A DNA stretch of 64,000 nucleotides, taken from PVC group bacterium (GTDB taxonomy: Bacteria > Verrucomicrobiota > Kiritimatiellia > CAIKKV01). The translations under genes and the position numbers were made by a program. Positions 9,776 through 19,520 of this stretch are shown here, one piece after another. Position 1 is the first letter of the stretch, and the number at the start of each line of letters is the position of its first letter. The notes below the pieces were generated by a model that made no database searches, was not told the origin of the DNA, and worked only from the letters and a program-made list of their open reading frames with translations. The stretch covers positions 14,618-78,617 of the forward strand of contig CAMDGM010000003.1 of NCBI GenBank assembly GCA_945898015.1, in the 5' to 3' direction.

Positions 9776-10411
9776 TTATGGCGACCGTGATTCGCGTTTC
9801 GTCCCCGCGCTCACCGGGATGAGAATTTCGTTGCGGCGCAGGAACCAGGGGGTGAAGGGGGGATTGTAGCGGGCCCACACGGGTTCGCCCTGGACGGTTA
9901 AGCCCTTTGCCGCGATCCACGTTTCCAGCTCCTTCTTATGTTGCCGGTAATGCTTTTCCGACCAGACACCGGAGTAGCGAATCGCGGCCATCCGGCGGCC
10001 AGGAATCTGGCGCAAGGCGACTTTCGGATCGGTTGGCGCGGGGAGGTTTTGCAGGGTCGAGCCGGCCGGCATCATGAAGCTGACGGCCCAGCCGCCCGGG
10101 GCGGGTTCCTGGCTGACGGGGGCGGTCATGGCGATTTTCTCGCTCCGCGCCTCCTGTGAAACGGGGGCGGTCATGGCGATGGTGTTGCTCGTCTGGTTGT
10201 CGCCGGAGATGTAGCGAAAAAGCCGGCGGAATGCCTTATTCCCGGCCTGTTCCAGCGAGCCTTCCACGATGGTTTCCGCGAGCACGACCGGCGCGTAATC
10301 GCGGAGTTCGCAGGCTTCAGCTTTCTCCGTCACCGTATACTTGGCTTCTTCGAGGGCCATGGCGTTTAATCCTCCCAGAATAAGGATGAGGACAGAATGG
10401 ATGTGTTTCAT
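9776..10411 (-). CDS. SOUL heme-binding protein
   Basis: AFRRLFRYISG, IAMTAPV twice, YNPPFTPWFLRRNEI. Confidence 0.93.
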   Translation of the reverse strand: MKHIHSVLILILGGLNAMALEEAKYTVTEKAEACELRDYAPVVLAETIVEGSLEQAGNKAFRRLFRYISGDNQTSNTIAMTAPVSQEARSEKIAMTAPVSQEPAPGGWAVSFMMPAGSTLQNLPAPTDPKVALRQIPGRRMAAIRYSGVWSEKHYRQHKKELETWIAAKGLTVQGEPVWARYNPPFTPWFLRRNEILIPVSAGTKRESRSP

Positions 10412-10526
10412 CACCGGTACTCCTAGCAAGATTTATCAGTCAACCGATGCAAGTTGAAGGAACGATAGACTGGATAGTGCTCTGATGCAATTGGTTTTGG
10501 GGCGTGGGAACACCATATACCTATAT

Positions 10527-10994
10527 TTACGGCGTCTTCGCGTTGAGTCGGGCGCGAAGCGCCAGCACGTCGATCTTGTCTTTATCGCGCAAACTGTCCT
10601 GTTTCAGCAGGATCAAGCCTTCGGCGCCCAGGTAAGGAACCGGAACGCCATCCAGGTCGATCCAGAGCCGATAGGCAAGCAGATCCTCGAAATGGCGGCC
10701 GCCCATGCGGACAAACAGATCGATGGGAAAGTCCTCAATAACGCGGACTGCGCCTTCCTCATCGGTGAAATCGGCGGCGGTTAATTCACTGGCAAAACCC
10801 TGGCCATACCGGGAAAGGGACGACAGCAGGCGGTCGATATTGTCCGGTGTGTTGGCGACCAGCAGGTCGACATCCTCGGTGGTGCGGACAAAGCCGTTGA
10901 GGGTGCAGGCCACGCCGCCCACGGTCATGAACGCCACTTTATTTCGGGCGAGGGTGACCAACAGTTTTTCGAACAGGGTAAGTTCCGGAGTCAT
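10527..10994 (-). CDS. Minimal nucleotidyltransferase (DUF6036-like)
   Basis: VGGVA, RTTEDVDL, LILLK, RDKDKID motifs. Confidence 0.85.
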   Translation of the reverse strand: MTPELTLFEKLLVTLARNKVAFMTVGGVACTLNGFVRTTEDVDLLVANTPDNIDRLLSSLSRYGQGFASELTAADFTDEEGAVRVIEDFPIDLFVRMGGRHFEDLLAYRLWIDLDGVPVPYLGAEGLILLKQDSLRDKDKIDVLALRARLNAKTP

Positions 10995-11115
10995 CGCGTG
11001 GCTCGACTTTCAGGTTGCGAACAAACCGGTTGAGGCGGTCCAGGCGCACGAGCGGGCGTTCCGGTTTTTCCCGGCCCACCGTTTTCCGGATCGACTTGTC
11101 AGGGGTGTCATTCAC
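10939..11115 (-). CDS. Small basic partner of the nucleotidyltransferase (58 aa, not in ORF track)
   Basis: GTG 11115 to TAA 10939, MNDTPDKSIRKTVGREKPERPLVRLDRLNRFV...; overlaps the NTase start. Confidence 0.45.
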   Translation of the reverse strand: MNDTPDKSIRKTVGREKPERPLVRLDRLNRFVRNLKVEPRDDSGTYPVRKTVGHPRPK

Positions 11116-11224
11116 GTTTCTATGATAGCAGGGTAAAGGACGAGGCGCAATCCTGATACTTGCCTAAGGAACCCTTTCAAAGGGAATAGCGTGGATGAGA
11201 GGTTGGGGGGGTGAAGGCCGGGCT

Positions 11225-11516
11225 GGGTGCGGTGTTTCGGGCGTTCCCCGTCGGGTGCTTTTGCGCGCTAAGGGCTTCAGGCTGGATGGGCCGGGCCTTT
11301 AGGCCACGTCCCATCGCCTTCAACCCTTATCCTCGCAAAATCACCTCGTCGTGGTCTGCCTGATCGAAACGCCGCCCCCGAGATCCATCGCGCGCCCGGC
11401 CGCTGTCGCGGCCTCGGGCGGCCCATCGACTCCGCTCAGGGCAGGCGCGCGAGACGGCTTCCGACCAAAGCCCGTTTCGTTCACATGCCAGCATAGCCGA
11501 AAGGGGCAATCCGTAG
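11225..11516 (-). repeat. Long-hairpin element copy 3 (divergent hairpin 11229-11375, short hairpin 11388-11452, tail to ~11516)
   Basis: Ungapped 147-bp alignment to 21518-21664 with compensatory changes; flank and tail match 7081-7110 and 7325-7362. Confidence 0.85.
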
Positions 11517-11576
11517 GTGTGGTTTTGGACGCTACCTTAGGAAGTGTTTCAAAACAGACGGTCTCCGTTTGTGGGT

Positions 11577-13697
11577 TTATTCTGTCCGGGGTGCGGCGGA
11601 ATGGAGGGTATACCGGACCGAGCGGGCTGTGCCGTTCGTGGCGGGATCGAGCAGGGTGATGAGCGCGGTGCAGGTGCGGGCCTTGGACTGGTAGCCGTCC
11701 GTCCAGCCCGGGGACAATAGCAGGGCGCGGGGGCGGTCGAATTGAATATCCATGGCGCCGTTGAAGCGTTCGACGCGAATCCGTTCGGCGGCGGGAAAGG
11801 CGTCGCCGGGCTTGGCGAGGACCCAGACGTTGGACGACTGCACGCGGATCACGGCTGCGGTCTGGGCGGGCAGCTCCTGCAGGAAAAGCGGCAGGGTTTC
11901 GTAGAGTTCGGCGACCGGCACGGCGTTGGAGCCGGGTGTGACCACGGTGTCCACGGTCACGCCGGCGGCCCCGGCCGTGAAGGTGCGGGTGTAGGCGTAG
12001 CCGGAGTTGGTTTCCGTTTGCGTGTCGGGCGTCAGGAGGGGAATGGCGCCTGACACCGTGATGACGGCCTGGGTGGCGTCCAGATGACGCGTGGTTTGCG
12101 GCTGGCGGAGGCGGGCGGTGGTGAGGAGGGCGCCGGCGGCGGTGCAGCCGCTGACCGCGTGGATGGGCCAGGCGCGCCATTCGGACCAGGAATCGAACAC
12201 TGCGCCCTGCACGCCGCGGCGGCGGCCGGCGAGGGTGACGCCGGAGGCCGGCGTCCAGAAGATGGAAAGCTGGCCGCCGCCGTAGCCGTAGGGCAGGTTG
12301 TTGTGGCCGAACGACCGGCCCACGGGTCCGGTGTGGATCGCAACGGCGTAGGTTGGGAACCGGGCGATGACGAAAGCGTCACCGAAGGTGCGGATGAAAG
12401 AGCCGTCGCGCCGGTAGGGGGAGAGGAGCAGGGGCGACTCTGCGGCGGCCAGGGCGCGGAGCCGGGCGAGGTGGCCGGCGGGCGCGTGGATGGAGGCGAA
12501 GCGGGCGCGGTAGCTCCAGTGGGATTCATGCCAGGCGCGGGCCTTGAGGACGGGCGGCTTGACGAGGTTGAGCGTGCCGGCCAGCTTGGCGGGGATGGCG
12601 GCAAGTGTCGGGTCGTCGGGCAGGGTGGCCAGATAGATGGCGTCGTCGCTGAGCATGGCGGCGGATTGCAGGCGGTCGGGGAACGGCCATTGATCGTGCG
12701 CCGGGTCGGCGGAGGTGCGCGAGCTCATGGCGCTGGGGCCGGAGGCGCCTTTGTTGTCGGGATTGGGAAAGCAGAGGTGGGCGCGAAGCGCGAGGGCGTT
12801 GCGCATGGCGTCGCGGGCGAACGGCCAGTCGGAGGCGAGCGCCGCCCAGGAGCCGAAGAACAGGCTGATGCCGTTGTAGGAGGTGTCGAAGCAGCCGTTA
12901 TCCACGAAATAGCCGGCCTCGTTGAAGAAGGCGGGGTTCGTGAAGAGGGGTCGGGAATAGGACTCCGCGAGGGCGGCCATGCCGGGGTCGCCGGTGGCTT
13001 TTTGAACATACCACAGGCCGACGGGCGCGAAGAGATCCATGTCGGTCATGAGCCCCTTGGGGCCCCAGGCGGCGAGGCGGCGGCTGAGTTTTTTGAGGCC
13101 GGTTTCGAAGGCGGCCCGGGCCTCCGCGGGGAGGGCCGTTTTACAGAGGCCGTAGGTGTCGGCGATCCAGATGAGGTTGCCGCCGAGGTAGTCGGCGCGG
13201 TCAGAGCCCTGCGGGTTCTGTTCGTACAGGGTGTCGAGCATGATCAGGTCGATGATGGCGAGGGTGAGGGCGCGGAGTTGGAGGGCGCGGTTATCGCGGT
13301 AGGGGTTGCCGGGCCAGGACCAGGCGGCGAGGCGGGCGAGCGATTGGCAGGCGCCGGGATCGGCGGGGAGGGCGAGTCCGTTGGTGCCCTCGATGGCGGC
13401 GAGGGTGAAGGCGGGCGCGGGGAGCAGCGCTTCGGCGATCGCGGGCGGGGTGAGGGACAGGAGCCAGAGCTGGTAGCGGGCGTCGTCATCGGACGGCGTG
13501 ATGGCGGTGAACGCCTGGGGGGTGACGGCGAAGTCGTTGGAGGCGAGGGTGGCGAGGAAGGTGCGGAGGGTTTGCTGGTAGGGGTGATGGGCGGGCAGGG
13601 AGGTGACGGGGAGTGTGACCTGGACATAGGCGGCGGGTGCCGCCGTGGCGAGGAGTGCGGCGGACAGGGAGGTGAGCAGGCGGGTGAGTAATGTCAC
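11577..13697 (-). CDS. Secreted hypothetical protein, possibly a carbohydrate-active helical plus beta-sandwich enzyme
   Basis: 706-aa ORF, signal peptide, strong codon bias; no family recognised. Confidence 0.8.
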   Translation of the reverse strand: MTLLTRLLTSLSAALLATAAPAAYVQVTLPVTSLPAHHPYQQTLRTFLATLASNDFAVTPQAFTAITPSDDDARYQLWLLSLTPPAIAEALLPAPAFTLAAIEGTNGLALPADPGACQSLARLAAWSWPGNPYRDNRALQLRALTLAIIDLIMLDTLYEQNPQGSDRADYLGGNLIWIADTYGLCKTALPAEARAAFETGLKKLSRRLAAWGPKGLMTDMDLFAPVGLWYVQKATGDPGMAALAESYSRPLFTNPAFFNEAGYFVDNGCFDTSYNGISLFFGSWAALASDWPFARDAMRNALALRAHLCFPNPDNKGASGPSAMSSRTSADPAHDQWPFPDRLQSAAMLSDDAIYLATLPDDPTLAAIPAKLAGTLNLVKPPVLKARAWHESHWSYRARFASIHAPAGHLARLRALAAAESPLLLSPYRRDGSFIRTFGDAFVIARFPTYAVAIHTGPVGRSFGHNNLPYGYGGGQLSIFWTPASGVTLAGRRRGVQGAVFDSWSEWRAWPIHAVSGCTAAGALLTTARLRQPQTTRHLDATQAVITVSGAIPLLTPDTQTETNSGYAYTRTFTAGAAGVTVDTVVTPGSNAVPVAELYETLPLFLQELPAQTAAVIRVQSSNVWVLAKPGDAFPAAERIRVERFNGAMDIQFDRPRALLLSPGWTDGYQSKARTCTALITLLDPATNGTARSVRYTLHSAAPRTE

Positions 13698-13763
13698 GAG
13701 GGATTCCTTAATAGTGGAGGGACAGGCCGAGGTTGGGACCGTTGAGGGATTGTTCGGTTTTTT

Positions 13764-16397
13764 TCATAGTGAAGGCGGGATGGCCTCCGGGGGCAGTCGG
13801 TAGCAGACGGCGCGCTGCCGGAGCGAGTTGGCGTTAAGGATCAGAGCGCCGTCATCGGGCAGGTGGGTGGCGTCGATCAGCCGTACGGCGTGCGTCCATT
13901 CCTTTTGATCGGGAAGGAACGCCGTCAGGCGATTTTCGGTGCGCTCTTCGAAGAAGGCGGTGTTCAGGGCGTTGCCGGGTTTGCCCGGGAAGAGCGCGAG
14001 GTAGAGGATGTCGCGCTCGACGAGTTCGTTGAAGAAATGCGTGCCGAGCGACACGTCGGGGATGAGGTCCGCCCGCATGGCCACGATCTCGCCGAGCACG
14101 GAGACTCCGGCGATGTCCACGAACGAGACAGGGACCCCGAGGGCGGGCGTGGTGGTGCCCCAGCGGCCGGGGCCCAGGAGCATCACCGTTTTCTTGGCGA
14201 GTTCAGGCAGGTGGGTGATTTCCCCGATCAGGCGCGCGACGGCGTAGCGGTCGCTTTCCCGCAGGGTGCTATACACGGCGGGGGCCACGTAGAGGATCCA
14301 GTCGATTTTCATCTCCACGCTGTTGCCGATCACGGCGCCGCGGGATTCCAGCACCACATCGTCGGGCGGGATGGTGTCGGGCGGATCGCCGAGTGCGTCT
14401 CCGGTGCCGCGGACCTGGAGGGGGCGGCACTGGACGAGGTTGATCTTGAATTCGTCGGCCTCGGCGAAATTGAGCGTGAACTCGACGTCCACCGGGTGCC
14501 GGTAGGCCGCCTGGAGGGTGTCGAGCATGTCCCGCATGTCGGTGACGAAGGAGGTTTCGGTGAGGAGGCGGTCGAACGTGAGCACCCAGGGCGATTCGGC
14601 TCCGGGCCGGGCGGAGTCGCGGGCGCGTTCGCGGGAGGCGAACATGGACAACGGGATGTCGGGGTGCCGGTCGATGATGTCCTTGAAGGAGACGGAGGCG
14701 AGGTGGTTGGCCTCGAGGTCGAGCACGTCCACGCGGCGCTGGGCGTATTGGACGACCTCGTTGAAGTCGGCTTCGGGCCGGCGGGTGGGCGCGTTGAGGG
14801 CCACGATGCGGGTGTAGTCGTCATCGGACCGGTCCACGGCGCGGGTGCCCATGCCGAAGACGAGGCGGATCATGCCGGCCCGGGGGTCGATGGCGGGGTC
14901 CCAGACGTAGGGGTTGAAGGAGAAGGCCACGCCGGCGGACTGGGGGAAGAAGTAGCTGCCGTAGGCGTTGCCGGAGACGCGCTGGATGAGGAGGCCCATC
15001 TGCTCGTCCTGGGTCATGAGGCCGCGGCGCTGGCGGTAGGTGAGGGCCTCCTCGCTCATGGTGCTGGCGTAGACGCTGCGGACGGCGAACAGGAAATCCT
15101 CGAGCCGCTTGTGGGAGCCGCCCTGGTTGGCGCAGAAGACGCTTTCATATTTGCCGGCGAAGGCGTTGCCGAAGTTGTCCTCCAGGAGGCTGGAGGAGCG
15201 GACGATGACGGGGGACTGGCCGAAGTAGTCGAGCATGTCGGCGTACTGGCGGACGATGTAGTCGGGGAATTCGCCGGCATGGATGCGGCGGCGGGTGGTT
15301 TCGGTGTCGTCGTCAGGCCCTTCGGTGGCCTTGTGGCGGTGGATCATCCACCAGCAGCCATTCTGGACGAGGTAGGTGTAGAAGACGTCGGCGCCGACGA
15401 AGAACGAGTCGTGCATTTCCAGGAGCCGGCCCCAGCGGTCGGGGTCGGCCTTGCGGAGGATGGCGCGGGCGAGGATCATGCCCACGGCCTTGCCGCCGAT
15501 GAGGCCGGTGCCGATCATGCGGCGGCGGATGGCCAGCAGATCGCGCAGGGTGAGGTTCCGCTCGGCGAGGGCGAGGACCTTCTCGTCGTGGGAGATGAGC
15601 ATGCGGAGGATCTTGTGGAAAAAGGAGGCGGCCTTTTCGGGGGAGCCGCCGCCCTGGTCGAGCTCGTTCTGGACGACCTGGGCCTCGGAGAAGGTTTTGG
15701 TCCAGTACCCAAGTTGGGCGCTGGCGGCCTCGGAGCGGGACCAGGGCGAGTTGGCGAGGATTTCGGTGATGATGCCGCTCTGGTTGACGGGGACGAACCG
15801 GTCGGCCTCCCACGCATGGAGCATGTACATGGTGGGGGAGTAGCGGTATTGGACCTTGATGGGCTGGAGGTAGAGTTTTTCCCGGTGGCGGTAGACATCC
15901 ACCAGGATCTGGGTGGTGGAGGCGATTGGCTTGAGGGCGTGGAAGGAGTGGAAATTGCGGAGGATGGCGAAGTAGGCGATGGCGGCGCGGTCGTAGAGGT
16001 AGGGGCAGGTGAGCATGAAGAAGTTGCCCAGCATGCGGTCGCTGCACCAGTCGGGGGCGAGGTCGGAGAGGCAGTCGAAGAGGTAGAGGCAGCCGCGCCC
16101 CTCCTCGTTGATGACGCGGTGGATTTCCGAGAGGAAGGGCTCGAAGCCGCGGTCGGGGTTGAGGGGGATGACTTCGGCGCCCTCCTCGGGGGTGAGGAGG
16201 GGCTCGTGCTGGGCGAAGCGGAAGTAGAAGATCTTCTGCCGGTTTTCGCGGGCGTAGGCGGCGTAGGCGGGGATGAAGGGGAGGTAGTCGCGGACGTTTT
16301 CAACCTGCCAGACGATGTTGTCGCCGGGCATGAGGCCGCGGAAGACATGGTCCAGCGCGGGCAGGCCGGTGCTGAGCTTGATCCGGAGCTTGGGCAT
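13764..16397 (-). CDS. PEP/pyruvate-binding (PPDK_N ATP-grasp) domain protein
   Basis: IGGKAVG, VRSSSLLED..FAGKYES, GMGTRAV, PVDVEF, LVQCRPL. Confidence 0.9.
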   Translation of the reverse strand: MPKLRIKLSTGLPALDHVFRGLMPGDNIVWQVENVRDYLPFIPAYAAYARENRQKIFYFRFAQHEPLLTPEEGAEVIPLNPDRGFEPFLSEIHRVINEEGRGCLYLFDCLSDLAPDWCSDRMLGNFFMLTCPYLYDRAAIAYFAILRNFHSFHALKPIASTTQILVDVYRHREKLYLQPIKVQYRYSPTMYMLHAWEADRFVPVNQSGIITEILANSPWSRSEAASAQLGYWTKTFSEAQVVQNELDQGGGSPEKAASFFHKILRMLISHDEKVLALAERNLTLRDLLAIRRRMIGTGLIGGKAVGMILARAILRKADPDRWGRLLEMHDSFFVGADVFYTYLVQNGCWWMIHRHKATEGPDDDTETTRRRIHAGEFPDYIVRQYADMLDYFGQSPVIVRSSSLLEDNFGNAFAGKYESVFCANQGGSHKRLEDFLFAVRSVYASTMSEEALTYRQRRGLMTQDEQMGLLIQRVSGNAYGSYFFPQSAGVAFSFNPYVWDPAIDPRAGMIRLVFGMGTRAVDRSDDDYTRIVALNAPTRRPEADFNEVVQYAQRRVDVLDLEANHLASVSFKDIIDRHPDIPLSMFASRERARDSARPGAESPWVLTFDRLLTETSFVTDMRDMLDTLQAAYRHPVDVEFTLNFAEADEFKINLVQCRPLQVRGTGDALGDPPDTIPPDDVVLESRGAVIGNSVEMKIDWILYVAPAVYSTLRESDRYAVARLIGEITHLPELAKKTVMLLGPGRWGTTTPALGVPVSFVDIAGVSVLGEIVAMRADLIPDVSLGTHFFNELVERDILYLALFPGKPGNALNTAFFEERTENRLTAFLPDQKEWTHAVRLIDATHLPDDGALILNANSLRQRAVCYRLPPEAIPPSL

Positions 16398-16413
16398 ATC
16401 CCCCCCGGCGTAA

Positions 16414-17838
<1,425 letters not shown>

Positions 17839-17933
17839 TCAAGGTTGTTCTGCGCGAAGCACGGGAGGGCGAGCGTCCCCGCGAGCCGCATGGCGGATTT
17901 CCGGCGGCGGGTTGAGCGGCGCCGTTTCGGGTG

Positions 17934-18707
17934 TCAGGACCAGCAGCGTTGCAGCATCTGCCAGAGCTGGGCATACATGGCGTTGATGGCGATGGCGATC
18001 AGCAGCAGGAAGGCCAGCCGGCGCAAGACGGGCTTGGAGAATTTGGCGCCGATCCGCAAGCCGAGGAGGGAGCCCAGCAGGACCACGGGTGAGAGGGCCA
18101 CGCCCCAGGCCATGCCCAATAAGGTGGACTTGCCGAATGCGCCATAGAGCAGGGCCAGTTGAATCGGCACCATGCTGATGAACGTGGCAAACAGGAAGGC
18201 GCGCGTCCGCTCCACGGTCCAGTCGTGGGTCATGACCCACAGCACCAGCGGCGGGCCGCCCATGGAGCAAAGGCCGCCGGTGAATCCGCTCAGGCCGAAG
18301 GCCGCCAAATCCCAGCCCTTGTGCAGCCGGGGGCGCGGCCGGGGCTGCCAGGCGGCCTGCAGGATCACCAGGAGGAGCAGGACCATGCCGATCCAGAACT
18401 TGATCTGGGCCGGCGGATGGCTGGCCAGGATGCTGAGCGCCCAGATCCCGAGCAGCATGGTGGTGGCGCGGATGGCCACCGAGAAGCCGACGATTTTCCA
18501 GGGCACCGCGTGGCTCAGGTGGTGCACGCCGCTGGCGGCCTGCACGGCGGTGCAGACGGAGGAGATGGCAATGGCCATGGGCACGGGAAGCCCGATCATC
18601 AAAAACAGGGGCACGGAGAGCAGGCCGAAGCCAAAGGCCACCATCCCCTGCAATAATCCGCCGGCCAGCACAATCAGCACGGCGGCGATAATCTGGTGGG
18701 CGTCCAT
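17934..18707 (-). CDS. Sulfite exporter TauE/SafE family permease
   Basis: GFGLLSVP and SGFTGG..GGPPLV motifs; about 8 TM helices. Confidence 0.88.
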   Translation of the reverse strand: MDAHQIIAAVLIVLAGGLLQGMVAFGFGLLSVPLFLMIGLPVPMAIAISSVCTAVQAASGVHHLSHAVPWKIVGFSVAIRATTMLLGIWALSILASHPPAQIKFWIGMVLLLLVILQAAWQPRPRPRLHKGWDLAAFGLSGFTGGLCSMGGPPLVLWVMTHDWTVERTRAFLFATFISMVPIQLALLYGAFGKSTLLGMAWGVALSPVVLLGSLLGLRIGAKFSKPVLRRLAFLLLIAIAINAMYAQLWQMLQRCWS

Positions 18708-18737
18708 GGGGTTGGTCCTTGTGGCGTTAGCGGGCGG

Positions 18738-19511
18738 TTAAGTCTTCCACCAGTATTCCGGACTGATGGCGGGAAGTGAAAACGTCCGAAAATGAGGCGG
18801 CAGGCTCTCCAGCAGCGCCTGGGCTTTGCGGCCGAGCGCGGTGGCGGCCAGCTCGACGTTGCGCCGGCCGACCTCGACAGAAGCGTGGATCCGGGGATCC
18901 AGTCCGGAAATGCCGTCGTGCCCGACGTCCGTCTTCCAGTCTACGGGCGCCAGCGGCGCCTGGCCCAGAGCCGGCAGGTCGACCAGGTCCGGGTAGAAAA
19001 ACATCATGTTCGAGGTTTCCCACTTGGCGGCGTGATCGGAGCTGGATTCGGGGCCCTGGCTCAAGGATATCTCCCACAAGCCGATGCCGGTGACGGTGCC
19101 ATCGGCGACCACCGGGACCAGGGCCTGGTTGATCATCGCGAGCTGCTGGGAGACATTGTGGCCGGACACGCCGATGATCACCCGTGCGCCCATGGCCTTG
19201 ATGCGGTCGAACAGGGCGGTGACCATAGCGACTTTCCAGGGGGCCTCTTCGGGGTGGAGTTCTTTCGAGCCCATGTCCGTCCGCGCATAGGGGAAGTAGA
19301 GGGGCGGATAGACCACGCCGCCGAAGGTTTCGGCGCACTTGATCAGGATGGCATGCGCCTTCATGGCGTCGTTTCCAAGAGGCAGGTGCCGGCCGTGCCA
19401 CTCGATCAAACCGAACGGCACATAGACCACGGGGAATCGGCGAAGTGCCTCTTCCAGTTGGAGGGGCCGCATGAATTGCAGTTGAACGTCAGTGGATAAG
19501 TGAGGGTCCAT
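18738..19511 (-). CDS. Creatininase family protein
   Basis: EWHGRHLPLGND, SGH, DHAAKWETS. Confidence 0.92.
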   Translation of the reverse strand: MDPHLSTDVQLQFMRPLQLEEALRRFPVVYVPFGLIEWHGRHLPLGNDAMKAHAILIKCAETFGGVVYPPLYFPYARTDMGSKELHPEEAPWKVAMVTALFDRIKAMGARVIIGVSGHNVSQQLAMINQALVPVVADGTVTGIGLWEISLSQGPESSSDHAAKWETSNMMFFYPDLVDLPALGQAPLAPVDWKTDVGHDGISGLDPRIHASVEVGRRNVELAATALGRKAQALLESLPPHFRTFSLPAISPEYWWKT

Positions 19512-19520
19512 AGGGTTCCT

